DNA of 64,000 nt from Setoptus koraiensis (taxonomy: Eukaryota > Animalia > Arthropoda), in NCBI GenBank assembly GCA_048013815.1, contig CM106586.1, positions 2,604,001 to 2,668,000 on the forward strand, read 5' to 3'. The translations under genes and the position numbers were made by a program. Within the stretch, counting starts at the first letter, position 1. Every line of letters begins with the position of its first letter. Positions 1 to 12,100 of this stretch are shown here, one piece after another. Under the pieces are notes generated by a model. The model ran no database searches. It saw only the letters and a list, made by a program, of their open reading frames with translations, and was not told the origin of the DNA.

Positions 1-367
1 CGAGAGATCTAGAGGTAAGTATTGAGTCATAATGAATCTATTTTTTTATTATTCTTTATATAGACAACCTTATATAATTGTTACTAATTTATCTATTTAT
101 TTAATATATTTACATCTTGATTTTTTAGGCTATGTCTAGAGTTTGTCTGAAGAGCAAACATTCATCTCCGTTACTTAGGAAGAACTTCAATCTTGTTAAA
201 AGGCACTCTAGTCTGGAGAACATGCGTAACTCCGGCCTAACCAGAGCTGTTCTGATGTAGTCTTCACCTAAAATAGAACAAATCAGTCAATATTTCTAAG
301 GGTGATGATGCGAAATTATCCTAGGTGTGACCACAATAAAGATATCAAAATTTATTAGATATGCGCA

Positions 368-2455
368 TCAACAGCTAGTTTGTTGCTCAGTTTCTCTTTT
401 AAAAATGAATTGTCCACTTTGGACCCTCTTTGCTTGCTCTTCAGCCTTCAGATCTATCTTTTCCCGTTTCTTGGTAATAACTGTCTTATTGTAGTGATTC
501 TTTTGATCATCGCTCAACGAAGACCATTCAGCTGAAACCCTTTTCGAAATCTCACCGAAAGCATGGGCGTCTAAGAGATTTTCTGACTTGATTTGTTTTT
601 GCCTCTCTGAAAAAAATAGAGCATAGCCTGAATTCTTTTTTTGTTCGTCAACAGAATCCTTTGGCGCTTTTTTCCTTCTTGTGCCTACAGTCGTTCCTTG
701 ACCATTTGTGACCTTTTTCGGTGATTGCTTCTTCTGAGCTGGGGGCTTGTTTGGGTCTCGTTTGGCTCTTGTTCTTTTTTTAGGTGGTGCAGGTTGTGGT
801 GGTACAGTTACATGCGGTTGTGGTGCGTGAAGTGGTACCGACACATGCATTTGAGAATTTAGGACTTGTGGTTGCTGAGACATATGTGGTGGTGCCTGTT
901 GTGGTGGTCTAGTCATGAAGTTTTGTTGAGGTTGTTGATAATGCATAGAAACTTGACTCATTTGTGCCATAGGTTGATTTTGTTGTTGCATGGGTAGGTT
1001 GGGAACTTGAGACATGTGCCCATAAGGCATAGAATATCCCATTCCATCTCCCTGAGGTTGCATTGACATCTGAGATTGACTACCAGAGTATGAGTTACTG
1101 TTGTCGTACATATTACTGTTGACGTTGCTCTGGGTATGATGATTTGTATCGATATTTGGTTGTCCATGCAAAGGGTAGTATCCAGAACCATCATAGTTAT
1201 GTCCGTAGTAGTTATCATTACTTCCTTGAGTTGCCTGTTGCTGCGTAAAATGAGATTCGCTTGTAGATGGCCAGCCAGGATCAGAGCCTTGTAGAGTTCT
1301 ATCGTTGTTATTAATTCCAGATTTCTGTCCAATCATGAGTCTCGTTGGGGCTGCTTGTGCTGGAGAGCCAACAATATTATCTGGCATATTGGATCCGCTA
1401 GCACCATCATACGCAACGTAAGGATTAACTGAGCCAGGAAATGAAGACCTATTCTGGTTTTGTTGTAGATAATATAGATCAGGTTGTTGCTGATGCCAAC
1501 CAGACGGCTGTTGTGCCTGCTGTTGCATTGGCGTCATCTGAATTGGGGCCGCTCCTTGGCCTGGTGATGCAGTAGATAGATTGTTGGAGGGCGTCGTTGA
1601 ATGATTTTGCTGCATCATATGCATTGAGCCGGGATGACCGCTAGGGTGTTGTTGCTGTTGTATGTGTTGATGTGGTGACATTGTGGGGATCATTTGTTGA
1701 TCTGGTGTCATTTGATGCATTTCTTTGGAATTGTGAAATGAAGTTGGAGCCTGTTGTTGCATTGATGATCCCGATAGAGGTATATTGCTTCTATCCGGGG
1801 TATGAGACGTAGGTAGTTGGCCACGAGCTGTTTGGTGCGACAAGGGTGTTGCTGTTGGTGATTGTTTATGAAGGTTATGATGCTGTTGTTGCTGCTGTTG
1901 AAATCCTCTCTGGGTTGTTTGAGATAGTACTAAGGGTTGACCATGAGGCGTTTGTTGATTGTTCATAGGTGGGCTCCAATATTCTGAGGGTGGATATTGG
2001 CCATAGTGTTGCTGAGATTGCTGAGGGTGCTGCAGCTGATGCTGTTGTTGAAATTGTGTGTTTTGTTGTTGCTGCTGTGTCATTTGCGGTTGCGACGGAC
2101 TTGTTGTAGGACCTGGCATAGGCTGATAAAGGCTTGAGTTTCTCGGCATTTGATGTGGTGATTGTTGTTGTTGTTGTTGTTGCTGTTGTTGCATAGTTTG
2201 GTGCTGCGGTTGCCTTACAGGCATTGAATGGATTTGTCCGGATTGCATTGAGGGTTGCTGATGAGTGTCATTGTTTGGCATTCCTCCGATAACAGGATTA
2301 ATATTATTATTATTACCTGGCACACTATTATTATAATTCATATTATTTGCATGTGATGCTGGCTGTGTCGGTGGTAGAGCTTGCTGGTGCCACTGGCCCA
2401 TATTATTGGAGCCGGTACTGGTACCAGACCAATCGTACATGGGATCACCGCTCAT
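368..2455 (-). CDS. TOX/TOX4-like HMG-box transcription factor with long Q/N/P-rich N-terminus (695 aa)
   Basis: C-terminal KKNSGYALFFSERQKQIKSENLLDAHAFGEISKRVSAEWSSLSDDQKNHY matches the TOX HMG box pattern (KPVSAYALFF...FGEVSKIVASMW..L..EQKQVY), preceded by a basic NLS-like stretch. A ttacag splice acceptor lies 1 nt before the ATG (probable 5'UTR intron). Confidence 0.8.
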   Translation of the reverse strand: MSGDPMYDWSGTSTGSNNMGQWHQQALPPTQPASHANNMNYNNSVPGNNNNINPVIGGMPNNDTHQQPSMQSGQIHSMPVRQPQHQTMQQQQQQQQQQSPHQMPRNSSLYQPMPGPTTSPSQPQMTQQQQQNTQFQQQHQLQHPQQSQQHYGQYPPSEYWSPPMNNQQTPHGQPLVLSQTTQRGFQQQQQQHHNLHKQSPTATPLSHQTARGQLPTSHTPDRSNIPLSGSSMQQQAPTSFHNSKEMHQMTPDQQMIPTMSPHQHIQQQQHPSGHPGSMHMMQQNHSTTPSNNLSTASPGQGAAPIQMTPMQQQAQQPSGWHQQQPDLYYLQQNQNRSSFPGSVNPYVAYDGASGSNMPDNIVGSPAQAAPTRLMIGQKSGINNNDRTLQGSDPGWPSTSESHFTQQQATQGSNDNYYGHNYDGSGYYPLHGQPNIDTNHHTQSNVNSNMYDNSNSYSGSQSQMSMQPQGDGMGYSMPYGHMSQVPNLPMQQQNQPMAQMSQVSMHYQQPQQNFMTRPPQQAPPHMSQQPQVLNSQMHVSVPLHAPQPHVTVPPQPAPPKKRTRAKRDPNKPPAQKKQSPKKVTNGQGTTVGTRRKKAPKDSVDEQKKNSGYALFFSERQKQIKSENLLDAHAFGEISKRVSAEWSSLSDDQKNHYNKTVITKKREKIDLKAEEQAKRVQSGQFIFKRETEQQTSC

Positions 2456-3022
2456 CCTGTAATGAGTGATATAATTAAATTAATGATTTTCTATTCGTTG
2501 TGTCAGAGATTGAGAGGAGATTGTCGAAAATGTATATTGTCTCTTGTTAAAATTTGTTGGCAAATCGTTACTAAAATGATAATGATGAATGCAATATTCT
2601 GGGCTAGTTAATATTACAACCATCGGATCGATATATTAAATGGACTAGAGCAAGAAAGAGGGCGACCAGCTCTACCAAAATAGCAGTTCCTATCGATTTT
2701 TGTTGTGCAAATTTGTTGTTAAAGCCTTGTTTTGTTATGTCGCTTCTTTTGTCTCAATTAAATAATCTGGTATTTGAAACCAACAATTGTTGTCGCTGCT
2801 GCCGTTGTTGTCCGTTCCTGTACATCAATTGGCTGTAGTAGACTCCATTTAGTTCATTGGTATTTGATAAGTTTGTTGATTGGGCCTGAACTAGATAAGA
2901 TAATCTCCCTTGTTCGTTGATGGGTCTCCTCTGTTGCATAGCCGTTCATCTGTACAATCACTGTTGTAGTATATCTTTGATCCAATGAGAAAATATATAT
3001 ATGGATATAAATTGAATTTGTG

Positions 3023-3023
<1 letters not shown>

Positions 3024-3109
<86 letters not shown>
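3024..3109. repeat. Perfect (TG)43 microsatellite
   Basis: Directly visible; it generates the spurious HT/VC ORFs at 2958-3223. Confidence 0.97.
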
Positions 3110-3110
<1 letters not shown>

Positions 3111-3635
3111 CGTTTTTGTACTATATAGAGAGGCGCATAACCACAGTGTATGAATTCGTGTATGTGTGTACAATTTTATGTGTAGTGCTTGTGTACTTCT
3201 CTGCGTCTTGCTGCACCATGTAGAATGGATTTGTTCAGTTGAAATTCGTTGTCGTCATTCATCTATCGAACTGTCTTAGGAATACACAATTCTTCGTCTC
3301 CAAAGACACACTCAAGAAGGATTTTGCTCGCAGAAGATCTGCACACAAATCTAACATGGATGTATAGTACAGTTTAGTTGACTGAAAAAGTTGTTTTGTG
3401 CGATGATATCACAACAACAACAGCTACAGCGGCAGTAGCAGTGAAAATTCGAATATCCAAGACCTGCCTCGCAACTTGCAAGTCAGTTCATGGTTCTACA
3501 GTATTGTGTGCGCCTTCTCCAATGCACTCATATTCTCGGGTTTATAAAAAAATACGCCAGAGGCTTGAATTTGCTCAACTTGGCTCACTCGCGAAACTCA
3601 CACAAACACACTGTCCACAAACACTTACTCCGGCG

Positions 3636-3716
3636 CACACTCACACACACACACACACTCACACACACACACGCACACACACACACTCACACACACACAC
3701 ACACACACGCACATAC
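3636..3716. repeat. Imperfect (CA)n microsatellite, ~80 bp
   Basis: Directly visible, with CT and CG interruptions. Confidence 0.95.
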
Positions 3717-4118
3717 AAAATTCGAATCTAGCGAGAGAACTCTCTGGCGGAGAGGGTAGAATCATTCTACTAGAATGTGTGTGTGCTGCGCAATTGCGCG
3801 ATAGTCAGTTCACCATTCGCCTGGTTGTTGGTCGTTGCTGGTCAACTTAAATATATAAGCAGTCACACACATACAAGAAAGGTGATAACTGGATGCACCA
3901 CAATGCCTCATGGTCTCATGGTCTATAGAACTCTCTGCTCCACTTGCAGGCGCACTTGTAACACACTCGACATGGCATCCACTGTGCCTTAGACAAACGT
4001 GCCTTTGTCTGTTTGCCAGTTCGCTAGTCTCTGTGCCGACGTTGCAGACCCCCCTCCCCACTCACCCATCAACCGAACGGGGCGAGTAGACTGGGGGACG
4101 GGGACAGGAGTGGCGTTG

Positions 4119-4144
4119 GTGTGTGTGTGTGTGTGGGGGGGGGG
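4119..4144. repeat. (GT)8 followed by G10 run
   Basis: Directly visible. Confidence 0.9.
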
Positions 4145-6234
4145 CGCTTAGAGCAGGGTGCCGTCCCGAAATAGAACTGCACTTTCAGTCGGCAGACTAA
4201 TAGCAGTTCAGTTTGTGACTGGTTTGGGTGCATATAGAGAGTTAGCTCAATAGCGATGCCAACATTAATTAATTGTTGTGCACACAAACACAACAACAAG
4301 AAATGCTATGTTCGTTCGTTGATTAATTGTTCGATCCATGTTGCCCTCGCAAGAAGTCTGTCCTTATCTCTCCAAGACTGAATAGAGCGAAAAATTAAAT
4401 GACGATGATGACGTTAAATTGGCAAACTAGATAAATGAGATCTCGGTCATTTCGAGTCACTCAGCTTCAATGTTCACTTTGGACAAGATACTTCTGGGCC
4501 CTTGATTGTTTGGTGGGGCCGACGCCGACCAGCCTGAGACAGGACAAGTAGGCTGCTTCTTCCGTGTAAACTTCTTATCAAGAGAGGCCACAAAACAATC
4601 AAACAAAGGTGCTTCCATTACTGATGTTATTGATTGATTTGTACACAATAATTATATGTTAATTGCATCTTCATTTCAAGCAAGTGAGGCTCCTTATTGC
4701 CACACTCCACCGATAGCAGTAGGCGTGCTCTATATGTACTTATTTTTTGACCAAATCTGTTCGTAGAATTGCACAAGTTAGTCTAGTTCATTGTCTCTTT
4801 TTCAGACATCAATGTTAGCTGGTAATGATGGTCAAATGTCTGATAGCGTTGTTATGGAATTTATTCAAAGAATGTTTAGCGAGGGAGTAGCTTCGTTTGG
4901 AGAGAGGGATAAAAAAGAGACTCGATCAGTGGCTTGGTGGCTCGATTAGATACCAATGCGCAATGGTACCAACTGAAATTCTGGTAATTGATTTGCTTGC
5001 TAGATTCGATTATGTTTGATTTGGCAACTATTTATAGGCCTTGCTAATGCAGCATTTGTGAGAATCGCGCACTAGGAATGTTATGCAAGAAATGGCACAA
5101 CGAAAGAATTAGTATCAATGAGGCGCAAGAATATCGAGCTGCATAATATTGTGAACATCTTCTCCCTTATTTTTACATGTACTGTGTGCAGTGATCGAAA
5201 AGAGATCTAAATGGATACAAGCAAGCTAGAATGAGCACGGTGGAAATAGGCTGCTATCATGAACAATACTAGACGATAATAGCGTCAAATACTCTATACT
5301 GCTGAGCTCATTCGTTGATAGATTAAAATGAGAACCTAAGAATCTTTAATTGGAAATGATTTTGAGTGTAAAATGAAAAGTTCGGCGTTCAACGATCTAG
5401 CGGCTTGCCAAATCAAGTTGCAAGGACCCAGTCTTGTATAGGACTGTCATTTATAGTCCACTTTACCTCCTATAACTATTTTCTCGCAAGATGTCCGCAC
5501 CTAGACTACAGCCGGATGCATGTAAGCTTAGATGGACAGCAAATAAAAATGTTCTCCTGCAAAAATGACAATAGAGAATGAGTTCTTCAACCGGAACTCA
5601 ATCAAGTATTCTAAGAGACTCGGCGAATTTTCCTCTAAATTAGGCATGTTCGTAGATCGATCCAACGTGCAGATGTTACTCTTGATTTAACCAGGGCAAT
5701 TTCTGCGAAAAAAACCGTCCACTTTTGATGGCTGGAAGCATCAATAGTGTGAGCGAGCAAAAGATGCCAGATTATCCAATCCTATCGATTTTGTGTGATA
5801 TTCTCTTCACTCTCTCACTCAACGGAGAATAAAAATGACTACTTTGGAATATCAACATCCGATTGAAGAAACGAGAACGGAGCTTGCTTCTTTCTACATT
5901 TACTCGGGTGTAAAATTGCAAGTCAAAAGCATCAGAAGTTTAGTTCAAGTCGAAATAGAGAGTCTGCGAGAATAAATCCGATAGCTCGCGCTCGTAGGAG
6001 AACAGCACTCGTCATGAGCAAACACTTCACATGTGCTTCATCAGCTGGTCACCGTATAAACTTTAGAGTCTAATGCGAACGATAGAAAACGTGTTTGAAT
6101 GATAAAGCGGATCATTCTCATCAGATCCCGTCATGATTCTTTATTTATTGGATTATTTGTCGCCAAACAAATCTATCATTTATCATTAAAAAATATAATA
6201 CTGTATTCAACCATCTTAAAATACTCTCTAAACA

Positions 6235-6942
6235 ATGGCATTGAGTCCTGTTGAATCGCCTATATCTAAACCGTATTACGACTCTTGCTACCACAAAGAC
6301 AACTCGGACAATGCAAAGTATGTAACAAGGATCATAGATGATTTTCCCACTCCATCAGAACGTTACTATGACATTCGTGTCTATCCTGCCACCCGGCGAA
6401 GCTTCTTTGGAACTATCGGAGATCAATGCATACTGTTCCATTCCAATAGAATATGCGTTGTAACTATAGCTCCTACACATCCGATAATTGCCGAGGATAA
6501 ACAAATCACTGAGATAAATTATCAATTTGAGGGCTATGAAAAGATTGATCGTCTGTCAAATAATCCACAAGGTAAAAGGAAGAAGGGAGGCCAGAAATTA
6601 TCCAAAAATGCACCCATTTGTTCTATCAGTTGCAGCGATGGCAGTAAATATGTAATATGTGCCTGTTTAGGCTCAAAACTAATTGAAATCAACTCACAAT
6701 TACATGAGGACTATGACCTCATCAAACAAAAACCGCTTAGTGAGGGCTACATAGCAATATTATTACCAAATGATTGGAATAGGCTGAATGAGCTTCGTCA
6801 CACATTGCCTAAACTTTGTGATTATGATCCGGAGACCTGCAAAAAAGAAAGGCCGGACCTCCCCGAAATTCGTTCGGAGGAAGGACATCAGCAACAAATG
6901 AGCGTCTCCGAGACAGAACTCACGTGTACGAAGTCTGGTTGA
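6235..6942 (+). CDS. ABITRAM: Protein Abitram / FAM206A / Simiate (GCV-H-like fold), 235 aa, intronless
   Basis: DQCILFHSNRICVVTIAPTHP, DRLSNNPQGKRKKGGQKL and CACLGSKLIEIN...P.SEGYIAILLP are the characteristic FAM206A blocks. Confidence 0.9.
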   Translation: MALSPVESPISKPYYDSCYHKDNSDNAKYVTRIIDDFPTPSERYYDIRVYPATRRSFFGTIGDQCILFHSNRICVVTIAPTHPIIAEDKQITEINYQFEGYEKIDRLSNNPQGKRKKGGQKLSKNAPICSISCSDGSKYVICACLGSKLIEINSQLHEDYDLIKQKPLSEGYIAILLPNDWNRLNELRHTLPKLCDYDPETCKKERPDLPEIRSEEGHQQQMSVSETELTCTKSG

Positions 6943-8905
6943 ACTACCAGTACAATATTTGAGCATCAAATAAAAAATTCACTATTCTGGGGCTCGTAGT
7001 GTCGATCAAGATGTTATAATTTCTTGTTTTTCTAAGATCGATCGAGGCTGATTTCTTTCAGCCATGTCAGCGAGCTTGTAACGTGATGATAGTCACAGAA
7101 GTCTCAGTTTAATGAATACAGTGTATTAAAACAATAGATCTCTTAGTTTAGTTAGTTCTTATTTTAGTTTTAGGTTGGTCTTGTGTATGATATAAGATAG
7201 TCAACAAATGGAGATCGGTATTCTTCCAGAACCTCAGTCGTGATTTATGGGATGAGGCCTATCAGTATAAGATAGGCCGGTGGCATTTCCGCCAGTCATT
7301 TATGCAATTCAAATCAGAACCTAGTATCACAGAAGAAAGATTTGCTGATTAGATTGAACTAGCGCAAATACTGATCCTTTCTTTTGCTCTAAGTTTGCTA
7401 CAAGCAGTCACCATCCGTAATACCGACTCTAAATTTGGCTACCACGAACGAGTCGATTTATTATTATGTAGTGTATCGCGCGACATTCAGGTTGTCCTGA
7501 ATAGAATCAATACCCAGAATGGATCTATAAAAAAGCAAAAATTACGACCAACAACGATTAAGATGGAATATACAATAATGACACCACTGATAGTTTGTCC
7601 TGACCGTCATCATCATGGTCAGATGAAAGACAGCAGTTATCAAAGGGTGGACAACAAAAGAAACAACGACACCAGCAGCTGCAACACTGACAACATCCAA
7701 TTTAACTGATGGGGCCCGTCAAATACGTCACCTCTCAGTGAAAGACAGCAACCGAAATCCAACGGTTTCGTTCAGTCAACATTGACACCCTTGCTGTTTG
7801 ATACAGCAAGAGTGTCAGAATAGATGTTGTTACAGTAATTGAGTATAGAAACTTGTTTATTTCCAATGATTAACTGCGAGTTATGATTTTGGGTTCTTCA
7901 GCATCCATTTGTTTGGCTACTGGACAAACAACATTTCAATAATCCCCATATTTGACGGACACAGCAAATGAACAACATTACAACAAATGATTGGTTGAAC
8001 AATAATTAGGATTAGTCGCTCGCTTGTCACAGATCTTGTCCTTTGTGTCCGCTATTGTTCATGCGATTTTTCACTAGTTAGCTCGATAAACATTCACTTA
8101 CATCACGCATCTACCGTTCAACAATCAAAACCAATTTTGACTGGTGCAATTTTATCTCATTGAAGGTTCATCTAAAATTTCTGCAATGTGTCAACAGCAT
8201 TCTAAAAATTCAACTTTTTCAAAACTTTAATGGCTAACAAAGGGAATATTTTCGACACATTAACACTTTCACTAACTCTACCTCTACCTCTGTGGCACAA
8301 CCCGAACAAAAGCTGTGGGACCAACTGTACCAGTCAGTACAGTTGCTGTCAACCACCTTGTGCGACTGTGATGTAACTGTACATCCGTTTCAAGTTTGCA
8401 CTGCTCAACCCTCAAACAATTGGTATTTCATTCACTCGGTTTGACAGTTCAAGTAGCAGTTACGATGCCATTGGTCAAGTTAATGAGCCGCATACAATAT
8501 AACTTTTGTGTATCACTAATGTTGTTGCATCATTGTCTATTATTGGTGACTATCTTTTTGCTTAAAATCAAAGTTGCTGTTTAGTCATGGTCACTGACTA
8601 GCGACATTGATCTCTGATTATAACTAAACTTTGGTTCGCTTGCATCGATGTGAAACATAATTATATGAGCATGCACAAGAGATTTTTCAGTTTCGCGATA
8701 TTCGTTCGCTCGAGTTAATCATTATGCCACCATCATAGTCAGAATAAATGTAAATTGTAGCACTAAATAGTATCTTCAAAAATAAGACACAGAGAATATC
8801 AGCACCACAAAATAAATTGCAACTCTTTTATACGAACATCAGACAATATACAAGCAAATATTATACAATCGTTATATATTCACGTTATATATTCACGTGT
8901 AGACA

Positions 8906-10108
8906 ATGATCAAGATGCGACTGATATACGGTAATAAGAATCGTGCTAGGCTGTACAGCATTGTATCACCAGGTCTGATTGCACTGCTTATATTGGTCAG
9001 TTTTTTTACTATAATTCAACTATTGCAACACGACCACAAGGCTCTAATGGTCGAATCGACATTTCTGACACCTGTAAGTATCATTTTTTTTATTGATTGC
9101 TCATTATTGTTTATGTAACGCAGTGAATGAGAGTTTTAGCTGATGACATGTTTGGTAATTTTATATGTGTATAAGTTTTGATTCCATCATATTAATTCTC
9201 ATCAATTATGTTATGTTAATTATGTTTGCCGCTTACTAATCTGCTTATAGAAGACCCGTGTTTGCTTCAATTCGATGTCAGGCTCCTTTCAATCAGAGTG
9301 TGTTTGGTGCGATTCCCGCTACTATACCAGTACTGTAAGTAACTCTTCTTTTCTGTTTGAAGCTCGCAACTCTCTCAACTTTTCATATAACAACATTCTA
9401 ATACTGAAATCTCAAACTTTCAAAAAACTCGTGGAAAAACTACCCCAAAACGTTCAATCCGTGTGATCTATGATGATTAGATAACAACTTGCACCGGCCA
9501 ATCTACTCTAGCGCCGAACATAACACAGGCTCAGGCATTTTGTATTGCCTCCGCTTGCTTACAGGTACATGTTAAACAAAGAGAAAATAATCTCCTATAC
9601 CCTATGGGACACACAGAATCGTTGTCCAGATTCGTCGAGTCCACATACAAATAAAGCTAAAATGGCGTCACCGACTTAATGACGATCAATTGGGCAGAGT
9701 CAGTCGAAGATATACAATCTACTCAATCTCGATACTCAACTAAATCATGTTTATCGAACTATTTCTTTAATCTATTCCGATGGCATTGTTACAAAAACTC
9801 TGTCTTGCACAATGTGGTAACAATATCATAAAAACAAATAGCAAACTGGAGCCCAACCAACAATTTTGGGCCGCCGTAAGAGGAGCATTCGATTGCAGTA
9901 TCCATTCAATTTGAATTTTAGCAAAAACAAGACGCTAACAAACAACGCAAACGCGACAAATTACGTTTCGAAGCCTTATTGGAAGAATCCACTGGCAATG
10001 TTCCAAGTTAGCCCATTCAATAAGAATATTCAATTTACATTGACCAAAAGCCAGACAGCAGCGGCCCAGGCAACACCGGCGGCTGCTGCACCAGCAGCCT
10101 CAGGTTGA
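8906..10108 (+). CDS. Unannotated 4-exon gene: ~200-aa secreted or signal-anchored Cys-rich precursor (exons 8906-9073, 9251-9334, 9481-9564, 9842-10108)
   Basis: Donors CCT|gtaagt, ACT|gtaagt and CAG|gtacat and acceptors ttatag, gattag and aaatag are all phase 0 and join four fragments into one open frame. Product: N-terminal hydrophobic GLIALLILVSFFTIIQLL, six Cys (VCF, ECV, WCD, TTC, AFC, SAC), GRRKRS, Ala-rich tail. An alternative last exon 9922-10011 is possible. Confidence 0.6.
9943..10041 (+). repeat. 99-bp direct repeat, copy 1 (copy 2 at 18751-18849)
   Basis: Manual alignment: 8 substitutions in 99 nt, no gaps (~92% identity). Confidence 0.95.
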
Positions 10109-12100
10109 TATCAATAATGGTTGTGGTTCAAAATTGTTGTGTCGAAAAATCTCAAGGTCTTGACATGCCCAAGATCTAGCAATGTTTGCACTACATATAA
10201 ACATCAGTCATCCAGTTAAATATATAACATTTCTCTAGCTTATGTTCGCGTACACAAATTATTTCAAAGCAATAACTTGGCGAGGTCTACTCATATGAAG
10301 GAAAGCATCATGGAATGAGCGTTTCTAGAACATAGATTACAATATTGGACCATTGGATAAGTCATTCGAACACTCAAAATCTCCATTGGTTTCGAGAAAA
10401 CAACGATCCGGATCATGATGAGCTGTGTATATTTTCACTTAGAATCCTTCCTGTTGTTTGAGAGCTGATGCTGCATCGACAACCAGCATCTCAGCTAATC
10501 CGATCCCCGGATCTAAGTGCAGAGAGGCCACCTTAAACTGCTACTTAATTGTGACCATACTTGTCGAATAAAATTATCTAGGTGCTGATATGCATCCTGT
10601 CTTGCGAATTAACATCACCTGTGAATTTCCACCATATTTGTAGTTGTGATAGCACTAGGTTCGACCGGTAGAAGCGCCGGAGTGTTCATATATGTGCTCA
10701 TGTCGCGACAGTAGGATTCGCCATTATGAGTCGCCACACGGAGGTAGTGCCTTGTGTACAAAATTCTGCATCAATCCTCTTTGAACATCGCAGATTTTTT
10801 GGCACTCTTTGGTGCTGGAAAGTTTGTATGTGATCGGCAGTACACCACAAGTTCTCGTCCATGGGGGCCATCTCTTGAGAACTCGAACCTCGCCAGATCT
10901 ATAATATTACATTGTATTATTATCTATGGGGTGTTTATTCTCATGAAATATCACAAGTGTGATCGCTATGAGCATGATATGGCTTATTCTAGTAATTGTT
11001 GGAACAATTGTCAGTGTGCAAACGGATGGTAACTGGCAGCGATCGTATTATACGATTCGTATGTCAGTAAAAGTCGAGGCGAACCGGGTGGATGGGATTT
11101 TGTTTTGAGCAGCAGGTAACAAAAGAGTAAGTGTAATCAGGGGACTGATTACACAGATAGAAAGTGAAAAATTGGCGCTGACATTGTGAGCTGCTGGCAG
11201 TTGTGAGTATTGTTGCGAACACAGTTGAATTGCATCCAGACAGTTACAAAGTTTTACTGTTTTAATAGAATGAGCTCGAGAGTTTTTTTGTTTTTCATGT
11301 GAGTTTGTTTGCTCTATATATGCCGCACACACACTGTATACCTCACATACTGCATATACTGTATATGTCTACTGTATACATGGGCAAACACTGTTCATTG
11401 TACAGCATTGTATATCAGGCAAACAGTTGGATGCTGCAGGAGCTCATCAAGTAAGATGCTGGCGAAAAGAAGAAAAAATAAAAAATGGTGGTACTGATGA
11501 GCACAAATACAGCGTAGCATAAAAGTATTGGCAACACGCAACCAACCAAAAGTATTGCAATTTGTATGGCAGTGCCACTTGTACTATACAATCGGGCTGT
11601 ACCTGACCACTGTACTGACAACAACAACAAGAATGGCCGTTGCGGGGAGAACTGGTCGAGTCAACGGTGCTCCCGACTCAGACAACAACAAGACAAGAAT
11701 ACTGGCCGGGCCGGATTCTTTTGCAACAGGTTTGGCTGTGCAGCGAACGCACACACTGCACTAGTACTAGTATACTATGTACTATATAGCGATACCAACA
11801 GCAACAGGTAAGCCGCTGGAAAGGGTAATGTGTGCTCCAGGACACCGATGATTTGCGGCGCAAAGGTGACCACAGAAAAAAAAAGCAGTTCAATCATCCA
11901 AATGCCATTCCACTGGCCTATTGCGAAGCCACTAGAATCAATTTATTGAAAGTTGAGACCCAAATGCTGCTGATAGAACCTCAGGCACCAACAGCCGGCA
12001 CCAACTGGCAATCACTGCGCACCTATAATAATAATCACTGTATCTGGATAAATTGACCAGCATGACAGATGCCCCATGACACATTTCCACTTGCACTACA

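Noticed and set aside
2958-3759. Short ORFs rich in HT or VC dipeptides (2958-3173, 3020-3223, 3378-3731, 3490-3759)
   Set aside because: These are translations of CA/TG microsatellites.
7395-7709. 104-aa plus-strand ORF
   Set aside because: No recognisable motif or support from neighbouring splice sites; could be chance.
8095-8380. Minus-strand exon-like pieces (SHKVVDSNCTDWYSWSHSFCSGCATE near 8290-8370; AG...gtaagt near 8095-8200)
   Set aside because: Could not be joined into an open frame, because stops occur in all frames of the downstream piece. A superficial tipE/TEH-like Cys pattern was unconvincing.
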